Part shown: in pieces, positions 20,105 through 30,819 of the stretch
Layout of the letters: every line of letters begins with the position of its first letter
Position numbering within the stretch: position 1 is the stretch's first letter
From: Alphaproteobacteria bacterium
GTDB taxonomy: Bacteria > Pseudomonadota > Alphaproteobacteria > UBA828
NCBI GenBank assembly: GCA_965214705.1
Contig: OZ243972.1
Coordinates: forward strand, 4,106,123-4,170,122
Direction: 5' to 3'
DNA: 64,000 nt
Notes under the pieces: generated by a model
Told to the model about the DNA's origin: nothing
The model's database searches: none
The model's input: only the letters and a program-made list of their open reading frames with translations
Made by a program: the position numbers and the translations under genes

Positions 20105-23100
20105 TCACATGCCGATCCCCCCGCCGCGGGAGTGCTCGAGGCCCTGTTTCAGGGTCTGCTCCCGCACCTCCTTCTGCGGGTCGAGTTCGGCCTCGCGCCG
20201 GGTCTCGTCGGACCACGCGGCGCGGTAGCAGCCGCGCGCGGTGACCTCGTCTGCGGTGCGCCGGATCGAGGCGCCGGGCTCCGGCGCTTCGGGACCTGAG
20301 GCGTGGATCACCCGCAGCCCCAACTCGTGCTCGTCGGCGATCTCGATCCGCGTGGCGACCACGGCCTCGACCGTCCGCACCGCTTCGTTCCGGCCGACAG
20401 CCTCGGTCCAGGCGATGCGGTCGCCCGCGACGGGTTCGGGACAGGCGAAGCGGCATCCGGCGCTGGGCACGGAGTACTGCCGGGCGGCTTCCAGCTGCCT
20501 GAGCCCCTCGTCGGACCACTCGGCACGGACGCATCTGACGTCCCGCAGAGCCCGCGCATGGATCTCTACGATCCGGCCTGCGTCGTCAAGAGCGGGCCCG
20601 TCCGCCGGCTGCACGATTCTCACCAACAGCGTGTCGTTCGCGCGCACGCCGCCCGTCTCCCCCGGAAACGCCACCGCCCCTTGGTGCACCGTGCCGCCAG
20701 CGCGCCAGGCGATGCGGTCGCCCGCGACCAGCGGCTCGTCGCCGGTCCACGCCGTCCATTGCTCCGGCGTCGGCGAGCGGGCGAGCCAGGCGGTCTCCCG
20801 CCCGATGGCCGCCCTCACGACCGGCCGGCACGCGGCCTCGCGGAGGGTCTCGCGGAGACCGGCCGTGTCGACATACTGCTGCTGCGACGCGGTAAGCTTC
20901 AGCGCCGAGGCAAGGTCCTCCTTCCAGTTCCGGTCGCGGTCGAGCCACTTGGCCGCCTCATGACGTGCCGCTTCCGGCAAGGCCGCGCGGCTCGCGAGGG
21001 TTTGCGCCATCTCCGTCGCGCGGCCGTAGCCCTCGGCGTGCAGTGGCAGCGTTTCCTGCCGCCTGGCTCGCCGCTCGACCGTAGCCGCAAGCTTTTGGAA
21101 CTCCGCGACCTCGTCGCGCAGCTCCAGGGTCTCCAACCGGTTCAGCACCTCCCGGACACGGCCCTGAAGCCGCGGCATGTCGGCAAGCCTGGCTGCGGCC
21201 AGCATCTCCCGGGTGTCGGCCGGCGACTCTCCCAGAAGATGAAGGGCGGTCTCGCGAAGCTCCCGCGAGCGTTCCCGCCAGACCGGGACCGCATCCGGGG
21301 ATGGAGGCTCGACGATGCCGCGCCCTTCGTCCAGCGCCGCGCGCCGATCCAAGTGCCGGGTACCCTCTTCGAGGAAAGCGTTGACGGGGGCGATCTCGGC
21401 CTCCACGCGGGCAGCACGGGCAAGCACCTCATCGACCGCCTCCCGCGCGTCCGGCGCGAGGCCCGCTTCGCCCCGAAGCGCCTCGGCGCGATCCCGCAAG
21501 TTCCCCCATGCCGGCAAGTCGACCGGATCGCAGCGCGCCTCGAGGCCCTGCCGGGTGACGGTCCCGCTGAGTTCCATGAACGCCCGTGAACGGAGCCCTT
21601 GAACTTCCGCCCCCAGCGCGTCCACGGCATCGCGCACTTGTTCGCGTTCGTCGGCTGCGCGGGACAGGCGCGCACGCGCCGGATCGTCGAGCTTCGCTCC
21701 CTCGCCCTCGCCGAGCAGCCGCAGTCCCTCGCGGCGAAGCTTTTCAGCCGCGTCGATCCGCGGGTCCAGGTCTTGCGCCGCAGGCACGACCTCCTCCAGG
21801 CGATGCCGGCAGTCCCGCAGAAACGCCTCGATGCGGCGCCCGGCCTCAAGGTCATCCGGAGTGAGTCGTTGCACCGTTTCCCGAGAAGACGGCTCGGTGA
21901 TCGGGACCCACGCCGCGACCGTCCGGCGCACGGCTTCGGGGAGCTCGTGGCGCCCCAGCGCCTCCGCCCGTTGCACGAGCCCCGCCGCCCCCGCCATCCC
22001 GCCGGGGTCGATCCCCAGTCTCTGCGCCTCCGCCTCATGGCGGGCGACCGCTTCGCAAAACCGTTCTCCCTCGTCGAGCCGGAAGCCCTGCGCGATCCGC
22101 CCGAGCGCGGCCGCGATCCGCCCGAAGAAGCCCGGGGTCTCCTGCATCCGCCTACCGGTCTCCTCCAGCGCCGCGCCCTCGGCCCGCCACGCCGCATGCT
22201 CCGGCAGCGCGGATACCGCCACGCCGCGCTCCTCCGCCGCCCACTTGAGGAGAGGCTGCCGGCGGCAGTGCATCTCCGCCTCGTGCACGAAGGCCAGCGC
22301 GTCGCGCCGCCGTTCCACGATCCCGGCGTCCCGCTCACGCACCTCGTCGACGAAGCCCTGCATCTCCGGCGGCAGATCCGTTTCGGCAGCAAGGGCATGT
22401 ACGCCGGTCACGATCCGGGCGTAGCCGTCAATCCGGTCGAGCGCGGTACGCTCGGCCTCGGCCCGCGCCACGAGGGCACGCCAGTCGTCCCTCAGCTCGC
22501 GCAGCATCCCGATGGTTGCATCAGCCGGGCCGGGGGGCGCATCGTCGTCCCCCACGGCCTCCAGCGCCGTCATGCGGATACTCGCGTTCTGCTCCAGCGC
22601 CTCCTCCAGGCTCTCCCGGTTGTCGGTCACCAGCACGAAGCGGTCCCGCGCCCGGCTCGCCTCCACGTAGAGCCCCGCCTGGCCGGTCAGACGGCCGTGC
22701 CCGGTATCCAGCACGCCGATCGCCGCATCCCGCGTCATGCCCTGCGCCCCGTGCACCGTCGTGCTCCAGGCGTGGTCGATATGGCGAAGCTGCGGATCGT
22801 CGCGGGAAAGCGACAGCCGCTTGCCGCCGCCGAGGTCGAACTTCACCCGGCGGGAGTCGATCCCCAGCACCACCGCCTCCCCGCCGTTGACGAGGCCGTG
22901 CCGCTTGTCGTTCCTGGTCCAGCGGACACGGTCGCCCGCCCGGATCCGGATGCGCGCCGTCTCGTAGATCCCGAAACGGTAGCGCACCCAGTGGTCGTCC
23001 GGCCGGATGTGGACCGTGCGCCCCGAGGGGTGCTCGAGGAAGACCAGCCCGCCTTCGGCGCGGGCGATCCGGCAGGCGTCCCCATCGTCCACCCTGAACG

Positions 23101-25264
23101 GCGGCACCCGCGAGTGGAAGATCACCACGTCCCCCGGCTCGTGGTTGCGCACGTCCGCCCTCTGGGCCGCCGTCAGGTGCCGGTTCACGTAGCGCTCGAT
23201 CTCGATCTCGCGGCCGTGCAGCACCCCCTCACGGGCGAGCCCCTCGCGCACCGCGCGGTGGATCTCGGCGCGGAGGAAGTGGGTGGGCGCGAGGATCGCC
23301 GTTCCTTCGCGCTGCTCCCCGTCGAGCGCGAGCCAGAGCCGGGCCGCCTCCGCCCCCAGCTCCTCGTGCGCCACCTCGCGCACCTCGAGCTCTTGCGCGG
23401 CCTCCGCCGGCAGGCCCTGCTGCAGGGCCTCCACGGCGCGCCTGAGGCCCGGATCGCGCTGGCGCAGGATCTCGTCCATCTCCGCCATCGCGATGCCCGC
23501 ATCCTGCAGGGCGCGGAACGGCTCGCCCGCGCCGGCCGCGCGCAGCTGGCCGCGGTCGCCCACCAGCACCAGCCGCGCGACGCGCAGCCGCTCCGAGATC
23601 CGCATCAGCAGCTGCATCTGCGCCGTCGACGTCATCGACGCCTCGTCCAGCACCAGCACCGAGCCCTCGTGCTCGCGCCTTGCACTGGCCGTCTTCTCCG
23701 CATTGCCGACGTCGCCATAGCGCGTCAGGAACCATTGCAGCGTGCGTGCGCGCGCGCCGGTCTCGTCCGCCAGCACCCGCGCCGACGACGACGACGGCGC
23801 AAGCAGGATCGCCTTGCGCTCGCCGATAAGGTCCAGCGCCTCGCGCAGCATCGTCGTCTTGCCCGTCCCCGCCGCGCCCTGCACCGCCACGAACCGGTCG
23901 CGCGACAGCAGGATCGTGCGCACCGCCTCCCTCTGACCCTCGGTGAGGGTGGTCTGTTCCATTCGATGCGATACGCGCGCTTCCTCCGCCAGCGCGTCCC
24001 CAGCACCTACGCCATCGCGCATGCGGACCACGATCTCGCGCTCGGACCGCAGCGCCTCGCCCGTCACGAAGGAGCGCCCGCTCCGCACCCTGGCCTCCAC
24101 CAGGTGGCCGTCAGCCAGCAGCCCCGTCACCGCCGCGTCGATCTCGCCGAGCTCGTGCCGGCCAGGCGCATGGCTCAGCGCGATCGCCCGGATATCGCTC
24201 TCCCGCAGCACCGACGCGCGCTCAGCAAGATGCTCCACCGCCCGCCAGACGATCTCGCGGGGGCTGAGACCCTGGCGGTCGGGCCGCAGCTCCTGTTCCG
24301 TCCTTACATAGGGCCGGCCCTTGTGGGTCTCTCGCGACTGGCGCCTGTCCTGCGCGCGATCCTGCCGGGAGAGGCTGCGGTCATGAGATATCCCCTCGGC
24401 CCGCCCCTTCCACTCCGTCTTCAGCGCGTCGATATCCTTGTCGACCTTGTGCTTGCGCGTGATCAGCGCCGCCTGCTGCGTCAGCGCCGCGCTGTAGGGC
24501 AGACCGTGCTCGTCCAGCCAGGCAAGGATCTCGCGGCGCCGCGACGAGAACGTGTCCAGCAGCGCGCGCGGGTAGCCCGCGATCTCGAATCCCGGGACCC
24601 CGCCGATCATCGTCGTCTCCGTGCGGTAGCCCAGATCGATCAGCCGCCGCGCCAGCTCGTGGCGGTAACAGGCGCCGATCAGCTTCACGTTGCGGCGGAT
24701 CTCCGTGGGCTCCACGCTCCGCCACTCTCCCGCCCGGTTGCGCGTCATGTTGGCGAGGACGCAGTGCGTGTGCAGCTGCGGGTCCTGGTCCCGGCTCGTC
24801 AGGTGCCGGAACCCCGCCGCCACCAGGCCGTCCGCCGCCACCCGCGGGCGCCGCCCTGTCGCCGGGTCATAGCCGCGCGTCTGCAGAAGCTCCGCCTCGA
24901 CCCAGTCCAGCGTCGACCTGACCGCCGCGTCGTGGGCGCTCAGCACTTGCCGGTTGCCGTAGAGCAGCGCCTCCAGCGACACCGACTTGGGCGCAGACAG
25001 CGTGAGGTCGAGCCCAGGCCGGTGCTCGTGCTCCCCGCCGCGCGCCCTGCCGAGCCGGATCTCCGTCCCCGGAACGTGGCCGGCAAGAACGCGCTCGAAG
25101 GTCCTGGGCGAGACGTGCTGCGGCAGGCCCAGCGCCGCCGCCCCCTCGCCGTGCCAGAAGCTCGCGCGCCGGTGCCGCGCGTCGTTCTTCGCGTAGTAGC
25201 CCTCGCGCTCGAAATACGCCACCGTCATCGCGCTCGAGCCGAGATCGCTCAGGCTCGCGACCAT
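20105..25264 (-). CDS. MOBF (TrwC/TraI-type) relaxase-helicase with long C-terminal extension (1719 aa)
   Basis: YFEREGYY, DLTLSAPKSVS, HLTSRDQDPQLHTH, GAAGTGKT, LDEASM, TVHGAQG, SRAR. Confidence 0.93.
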   Translation of the reverse strand: MVASLSDLGSSAMTVAYFEREGYYAKNDARHRRASFWHGEGAAALGLPQHVSPRTFERVLAGHVPGTEIRLGRARGGEHEHRPGLDLTLSAPKSVSLEALLYGNRQVLSAHDAAVRSTLDWVEAELLQTRGYDPATGRRPRVAADGLVAAGFRHLTSRDQDPQLHTHCVLANMTRNRAGEWRSVEPTEIRRNVKLIGACYRHELARRLIDLGYRTETTMIGGVPGFEIAGYPRALLDTFSSRRREILAWLDEHGLPYSAALTQQAALITRKHKVDKDIDALKTEWKGRAEGISHDRSLSRQDRAQDRRQSRETHKGRPYVRTEQELRPDRQGLSPREIVWRAVEHLAERASVLRESDIRAIALSHAPGRHELGEIDAAVTGLLADGHLVEARVRSGRSFVTGEALRSEREIVVRMRDGVGAGDALAEEARVSHRMEQTTLTEGQREAVRTILLSRDRFVAVQGAAGTGKTTMLREALDLIGERKAILLAPSSSSARVLADETGARARTLQWFLTRYGDVGNAEKTASARREHEGSVLVLDEASMTSTAQMQLLMRISERLRVARLVLVGDRGQLRAAGAGEPFRALQDAGIAMAEMDEILRQRDPGLRRAVEALQQGLPAEAAQELEVREVAHEELGAEAARLWLALDGEQREGTAILAPTHFLRAEIHRAVREGLAREGVLHGREIEIERYVNRHLTAAQRADVRNHEPGDVVIFHSRVPPFRVDDGDACRIARAEGGLVFLEHPSGRTVHIRPDDHWVRYRFGIYETARIRIRAGDRVRWTRNDKRHGLVNGGEAVVLGIDSRRVKFDLGGGKRLSLSRDDPQLRHIDHAWSTTVHGAQGMTRDAAIGVLDTGHGRLTGQAGLYVEASRARDRFVLVTDNRESLEEALEQNASIRMTALEAVGDDDAPPGPADATIGMLRELRDDWRALVARAEAERTALDRIDGYARIVTGVHALAAETDLPPEMQGFVDEVRERDAGIVERRRDALAFVHEAEMHCRRQPLLKWAAEERGVAVSALPEHAAWRAEGAALEETGRRMQETPGFFGRIAAALGRIAQGFRLDEGERFCEAVARHEAEAQRLGIDPGGMAGAAGLVQRAEALGRHELPEAVRRTVAAWVPITEPSSRETVQRLTPDDLEAGRRIEAFLRDCRHRLEEVVPAAQDLDPRIDAAEKLRREGLRLLGEGEGAKLDDPARARLSRAADEREQVRDAVDALGAEVQGLRSRAFMELSGTVTRQGLEARCDPVDLPAWGNLRDRAEALRGEAGLAPDAREAVDEVLARAARVEAEIAPVNAFLEEGTRHLDRRAALDEGRGIVEPPSPDAVPVWRERSRELRETALHLLGESPADTREMLAAARLADMPRLQGRVREVLNRLETLELRDEVAEFQKLAATVERRARRQETLPLHAEGYGRATEMAQTLASRAALPEAARHEAAKWLDRDRNWKEDLASALKLTASQQQYVDTAGLRETLREAACRPVVRAAIGRETAWLARSPTPEQWTAWTGDEPLVAGDRIAWRAGGTVHQGAVAFPGETGGVRANDTLLVRIVQPADGPALDDAGRIVEIHARALRDVRCVRAEWSDEGLRQLEAARQYSVPSAGCRFACPEPVAGDRIAWTEAVGRNEAVRTVEAVVATRIEIADEHELGLRVIHASGPEAPEPGASIRRTADEVTARGCYRAAWSDETRREAELDPQKEVREQTLKQGLEHSRGGGIGM

Positions 25265-25310
25265 GCCTCTCGGCCCTTGGCGGCAAGAGCTGCCGCGTTC
25301 GCCGCGCCGA

Positions 25311-26468
25311 TCACGGGTGCCGGACGTCGAAGCTGCATGTGACGACTTCGCCCGCCCGCCAGGACTTGAGCATGCAGTCCTTGACCTTCCGGCCGTGACG
25401 CTCCCACACCCCCTGCTTCCAGCCCCCAGTGTCGTCGTAGGGGGCGAATGCGCCGAACTCGCTCTGCCCAAGCGCGCCCGCAAACACGAACAGCGGCGCG
25501 GCGATCGCCAGCGCGATTGCCAGCGCCGGAAGCGTCCAGCGCCGAATGCGCGTCCACTCCTGCCGGGCCTCCTTCAGCGCCTCCCCCCTGGCCGTGCCGA
25601 ATTCCTGCAGGAACCTGAAGCCCGTCATGGCGAGCTTGTCCACGTTGTCGGCGGTCTTCGCCGCAGCATCGCGCTGCGCCGCGCTGTTCGCCCCGATGCT
25701 CTCCTGCATGCGCTCGGTCCAGGGGCCGATCGACGTCTCCAGACGGGTCACCATGTGATCGCCCGCGTCGAGACGCTTCGACAGCGCCCTCATCTCGCCC
25801 AGGCTGGTCTTCGCCTCGGCGATCCACTCCCGGTAGTACCCGGCGAGTTCCTGCTTGACCGCCCCCAACTCCGACGATCTCCGGTCGAGGCCCTTCGCCG
25901 TGGCGTCGAGCGACGCCACGACCTTGTCCAGCCCCTCCTTCAGCACATTCAGCTGCGCCAGCGCCGCGTCGAGATCCCTGTTCCCGCTCTTCAGCCCTTC
26001 GATCTGCTTGCCGGTCGACGCCAGGATCTCCGAAATCGCCGCCTTGATGTCGTTGACCCACTCGGTCGCCGCGCCGACCTGCTCCGTTTGCCCGGCGATG
26101 GTCCGGGCTGCCGCGGCAAGATCGGTCTCGCCAGCCGACAAGACCGCGACCTTCTTGTCCATATCCTCCAACAGGGCGAGCATGCGACGCAGAACCGCGT
26201 CGGACGACGCGACCTCGGTCGACGCGACCGCGGTCGGCGCAACGTCCGATGACGGGACCGGCCCGGCCCGGCCCGCAGGGTCCGTGGCCGCCTCCGCCGC
26301 GGGCGGGGAATTAGGGGGAGGTGGCGACGCGGCACCCGCATGTGGTCGGCGCGGCTTCTGCCTGTCACCAGCCCGCTCCGCTGCGGCCTTCGTGGAGCCG
26401 AACAGAAGACTGCGATCCTCATCGTCCGGCGGCGGGGACTGGTTTCCATTGTTGTCGGTGGAACTCAT
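25311..26468 (-). CDS. coiled-coil protein with C-terminal TM segment, co-oriented with the relaxase
   Basis: Low-complexity N-terminus, heptad-like helical middle, WTLPALAIALAIAAPLFVFAGAL. Confidence 0.75.
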   Translation of the reverse strand: MSSTDNNGNQSPPPDDEDRSLLFGSTKAAAERAGDRQKPRRPHAGAASPPPPNSPPAAEAATDPAGRAGPVPSSDVAPTAVASTEVASSDAVLRRMLALLEDMDKKVAVLSAGETDLAAAARTIAGQTEQVGAATEWVNDIKAAISEILASTGKQIEGLKSGNRDLDAALAQLNVLKEGLDKVVASLDATAKGLDRRSSELGAVKQELAGYYREWIAEAKTSLGEMRALSKRLDAGDHMVTRLETSIGPWTERMQESIGANSAAQRDAAAKTADNVDKLAMTGFRFLQEFGTARGEALKEARQEWTRIRRWTLPALAIALAIAAPLFVFAGALGQSEFGAFAPYDDTGGWKQGVWERHGRKVKDCMLKSWRAGEVVTCSFDVRHP

Positions 26469-27447
26469 GGCGCGCTCCTCTCATGCCGACATGCGAAGGG
26501 CACGTCAGCAATGCCGGCCGCCACGCGCCTCCCTGATCCGCGTGACGCGGACCGCGAAACGGCCATCCGCCGACAGAATAACACCCACCGACCAAGACGG
26601 TTCCAGGCAATTGCAGCAGAAGCGGGTGCACGAGATGAACGGCCAGGCGCCGCGAAGGAGCGATGCCCCGTGGAGAGAATTCGGCAGGCGCACGCAGCTG
26701 CAGCAAAGGCCAGAGGAGTCTTCCGCCTGGATGGCCGGCGCCTTGCCGGAGCGCCACACCGGGATGTAGCCTCGGGCCGCCCGGACGGGTCTCCGCGAGG
26801 AAAGCGTGGGAACCGGCAATCCCTGTCTCGGCCGGCTCCCACGCATTCCGTCGAGTTCGGGACGCATGTCCGTCGGCGGCCGCAGTCGGACCCCGTGCAA
26901 ACCGGCAGCACAGATTCTCGCAACCTGCTGAGCGATGGCAAGTCGCATGGGCGACGCAGAACCGGCGGCTCCCACGCAGTCAGCGCCGGGTCGATATCCG
27001 AGACAATCTCGACCCCGTCGGAACCGAGGCCCGGAAACGCCAGCGCGGCCATGGCCTCGGCTTCGGTCTCGAATGTGTCCAACGCCAGACCGGTGGCGAT
27101 CTCGACGATGGTGAAGCGCGCCTCGGGCACCGGCGCTCCGCGACGATCCGGCGAACGCGCCCGCGAGCAACTCCGGCTGGCACGCCGACGAGCGTACCGC
27201 TTTCGATCGGCGGCTGTTGTTCGGCGCGCGTGTTGGACGCCGATCAGCGTAGTAAGGCGTTGATTCGCTTTGATTCCGAGTGGTCAAACAACGACGCCGA
27301 ACAACAACCCCGGAGCAAGAACCAAATCAACTCCGCCGCCGACAGGGATTCCGACGAATTGTCGGGGGCCGTATTCCACCCCAGTCCACGCCGATCGCGT
27401 TCCAATTAACGCGAGAGCCAAGCGCGAACAACACCGCTCCCAACGGT

Positions 27448-30400
27448 CTACGCGTCCGGCGTGTCGAGGAAATTGTCCTGCCGCTCGTCCGCGCTGCCGC
27501 CGCGGCCTGTGCGGGACGCGTCGAAGGCACCGGCGGCACGAAGGTCATCACCACTCAACAGGGGGCCATCGCAAATGCGGTCGAGCAGATCGGCCTGGCG
27601 AGCCTGGAGTGCAATCAGACGACCCAGGACGTGGAGCACGTTCATCAACTCCGTGGTGTACTCGGCAAGCCAGCCTTCGGGCTGGATCCTTTCGAGCGGC
27701 GACGGCGGACGCCGGTCACCGATGATGGGGCGGGAGCGGTCAAGGCGGCGATAGCTGAACCACTGCGCGAGCACCTGCTTGCCAGAGACCTCGTACTCCC
27801 ACACCGCTCGCGACACGCTGTCGACGAAGCCGTCGCCGACTCTCAGTTGACGGGCGGCGGAATCGTACTCGATGCGGTCGGGATAGCGTTCTGGATCGGT
27901 CGGGATCGCGCCGTCCTTCGGGATGACGGGGCGCTCGCCTTCCGGCATCCGCGGCGGGCCATTGGGTCTACCTGAACCAGTGTCGGCGAAGCGCTCGCCG
28001 AAACAGTGGAGCCAGATGACCTCTCGTCCGATCTCGGCGGCCTCGGCGAAGAGCGAGGCGTCGGCAGTGATCGGAAAGCGCAGGCCCGGCTGGACAAGGT
28101 CGGATCGGAATCGAGCCGTGTACGCAGGATGCGCGGCAATCGCCGCGAAGTAGGCCATCAGGTCGGGGGCGCTGACGGCGATCCCCAAAGCTTCGGCCAT
28201 CTCGCGGAGCAAGCCTGACTTCAGATTCGGCTCTTGAGCGTGGCGGTCAGCCCAGAGGGGAAATGCGCGACCTCCGAATGATCCCTTGTAGTGATCCAAA
28301 TCGGGTATCGCGGCAGAGAACGTGACCGCCGGACCCGTAGTGGGCGCGTGTGCTTGCAACGCCGTCAAGTAGACCTGTCGGTCCGAATGGTTCTCCCAGA
28401 GCGTCGGGTTAGGTTGATTGATGAGCCGACCGTCCGGGATGATCCACTGCCGATCGAACGAACGGAATCCGTATCGAGCAGGGTGAATCATGGCGCCCTT
28501 GTCAGAGGCCACAGAGCCGGAGCGAAACTCATGACCATAGAGCCTCCGTCGAAGCACCTTGTCGACGTGTTTGTCTCCCGGCTTGCCGCCTCGAAGGTGC
28601 GGGTGAAAGAGCATGCGCTTCTTCCCGGCGTCGGGTTCAGCCTGAAGCGCCTCCCACCGGCGCGCGAGCGAGGCGCGATCGGGAGCGATAACCCATGTCC
28701 GTCCGGGCATGACGCCGGAGCCGTCGTAGGTGAACAGGTCCTCAAGCGGAGCGAACTCCGCCCACGCCCCGGCGGCCCTGGGGAAGAACGAGGCGCGGGA
28801 CTCGGACGAGCATTCCGTCCACCCGCTGCCGTCCAGCGCGATCGCATCCAGCGCAGCAAACTTGTCGTTCCGGTGGCCCGACGGCAGCGCTCGATATCGC
28901 ACTAGCGCCGGGGCAGATGACCCCTCGTCCGTGCATCGCAGCGCCATGACGATACACACGGGCTGCTGCACGCCCTGGAAGATGCGCGTGCGCACTTCCG
29001 GCTGATGTCCCTCCGGCGAGCAATCGATGACCCAGATCTCATCCGCGTCACGGCGCAGCTCGGCGCGCATCTTCTGGAACCCGGGTCCGTTGAGGAAGCC
29101 CGCCACCGTGATGAAGGAAACGATGCCCTTCCTGTCTGCCTCGCGCCCTTCGATCCGTGACCGGTCGCCGTCTCCGAACACCTTCCATGTCGCCCATCGC
29201 CAGAAATAGACGTAGAGGTTGCGCAGGTGCTTGGCATGGGCGCCGACGTTCCAGTCGGTGGGCGGCATCCATTCGCCGAGGGGCGGCGTGGGCACATCGG
29301 CCGTCGTGCCGCTCTCGATCCAGCCGCCGAGGCCCTTCGCCTTCTCCTTGTAGGGTGGGTTGCCGATGACGACGGTGATCCTTTCCTGCCGCTTGATCTC
29401 GTTCGCGCGTCTGCGGGATTCGCCGAGGGGCTTGAGGATCTGCGGGATGTACTCCTCCTCGGCGTAAGGGTTGCCGAGCGTGTCGGTCACGAAGAGCCGC
29501 ATTGCGGGTGTCGAGTTCGCGTCATCGAGGAGCGATTGCAACTCGGCGAGGAGGCGCAACTGGGCCACGGCGAAAGGGCCGAACTGAAGCTCAAAACCGA
29601 TAAGGCGGGACAGGGCGGCTTCGACTACGCCGGGGACTGCCCCCGGCCCTTGGTCGGCCTCCGTCGCCTCCGCAATCCGGCGGAGAACGCCGAGCAGATA
29701 GGTGCCGGTCCCAGCAGCCGGGTCGGCGACGGTAACGTCCGGGGAAGCAAGGCCCTCCGCGAGAGCGAACCTCCTGTCGGATCGCAGCGCCTCGTCGACC
29801 AGGCGGACCATGGCGCCGACCGCCTCCGGCGGGGTGTAGTAAGAGCCCGTCTTCTTGCGCAGCTCGTTGTCGTAGACGCTCAGGAAGTCCTCGTAGAAAT
29901 ACAGCCAGGCTTCCGGGCTGCCCTTGCTGACAGCAGGCCAGTGAACCGCGTCGAGCACCCGCGTCAGCGTGGCGAGCGAGGTCTTCAATGTCGCCTGGTT
30001 GTCGGCGTCGTCGGTGAGGAGGCGAAGCGCAGTACCGATCAGGGAGTTGGTCTGGCGCAGTTCGTGAGCGACCCGGTCCAGACCTTCGGCGAGGGCGATG
30101 CTGCGCGCCCGCGCCATCAGCAGGCCGAAAGTCACCGCCTGAGCGTAGCCGTCCGCGAACGCTTCGTCCGTCGCACTCGGGAACAGGAGCTTCCGCCAGT
30201 CCGCGGCAAGATTCGTGAGCGGGGCAGACCCTTGCCCCAATTGCTCCGAAACCTCTTCCCGGAGCAGGCGGCACAGGCGTGCCGTGACGACGGCGAGTTG
30301 TACGGCCGAGCGGGGCGGCTGCGGCTCCCACTGAAAGAAGTCGGCGAACAGCGACACGAGGCCGTCCGGCGCAGCTAGCTTGTTGCCGGCATCGGCAACG

Positions 30401-30819
30401 TCGCCCTCCATGTGAACGACCTGGCCCTCGAGCTCGCCATTCCGCCAGAGGCTGAAGCCGTTGCCGTCCGTGTAGATCAGGTTGGGGAGAGTCTGCAGCT
30501 TCGTCCACTGCTCCTTGTCGTGCCGGTCCTGGAAGCGGCGGGGATCGGCCCCCTTGCCCGGCGCCTTGACCTCGATGAAGCCGATGAGGGCGTTTCGGCG
30601 GGTGACGGCATAGTCGGGTCGCGTCTTGAGATCGGCGAGCGATGTCTCGCCGACCGCCACGACGGTGCCCGGCGGCAGCCCCGTGAGTTCGGCGAGGTTC
30701 GCAATGAGACCTTCCAGCGGCGTGCGCAACTGGTCCTCGGGCGCACCGCTTGCAGCGGGGTTCGAGAGCTTCGATTTCGCCTCGAAACCGAATTTGGAAG
30801 CAGCTTCCTGGAGTGTCAT
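27448..30819 (-). CDS. type IIG/ISP-like restriction-modification enzyme (REase + N6-MTase + ISP-type specificity domain)
   Basis: RPDY..FIEVKAPG, GSYYTP, DPAAGTGTYL, GNPPY, NLYVYFWRW, YGFRSFDRQW; no helicase domain. Confidence 0.9.
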   Translation of the reverse strand: MTLQEAASKFGFEAKSKLSNPAASGAPEDQLRTPLEGLIANLAELTGLPPGTVVAVGETSLADLKTRPDYAVTRRNALIGFIEVKAPGKGADPRRFQDRHDKEQWTKLQTLPNLIYTDGNGFSLWRNGELEGQVVHMEGDVADAGNKLAAPDGLVSLFADFFQWEPQPPRSAVQLAVVTARLCRLLREEVSEQLGQGSAPLTNLAADWRKLLFPSATDEAFADGYAQAVTFGLLMARARSIALAEGLDRVAHELRQTNSLIGTALRLLTDDADNQATLKTSLATLTRVLDAVHWPAVSKGSPEAWLYFYEDFLSVYDNELRKKTGSYYTPPEAVGAMVRLVDEALRSDRRFALAEGLASPDVTVADPAAGTGTYLLGVLRRIAEATEADQGPGAVPGVVEAALSRLIGFELQFGPFAVAQLRLLAELQSLLDDANSTPAMRLFVTDTLGNPYAEEEYIPQILKPLGESRRRANEIKRQERITVVIGNPPYKEKAKGLGGWIESGTTADVPTPPLGEWMPPTDWNVGAHAKHLRNLYVYFWRWATWKVFGDGDRSRIEGREADRKGIVSFITVAGFLNGPGFQKMRAELRRDADEIWVIDCSPEGHQPEVRTRIFQGVQQPVCIVMALRCTDEGSSAPALVRYRALPSGHRNDKFAALDAIALDGSGWTECSSESRASFFPRAAGAWAEFAPLEDLFTYDGSGVMPGRTWVIAPDRASLARRWEALQAEPDAGKKRMLFHPHLRGGKPGDKHVDKVLRRRLYGHEFRSGSVASDKGAMIHPARYGFRSFDRQWIIPDGRLINQPNPTLWENHSDRQVYLTALQAHAPTTGPAVTFSAAIPDLDHYKGSFGGRAFPLWADRHAQEPNLKSGLLREMAEALGIAVSAPDLMAYFAAIAAHPAYTARFRSDLVQPGLRFPITADASLFAEAAEIGREVIWLHCFGERFADTGSGRPNGPPRMPEGERPVIPKDGAIPTDPERYPDRIEYDSAARQLRVGDGFVDSVSRAVWEYEVSGKQVLAQWFSYRRLDRSRPIIGDRRPPSPLERIQPEGWLAEYTTELMNVLHVLGRLIALQARQADLLDRICDGPLLSGDDLRAAGAFDASRTGRGGSADERQDNFLDTPDA

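Noticed and set aside
26465-27130. 221-aa ORF
   Set aside because: Only the first ~55 aa look protein-like; no recognisable family
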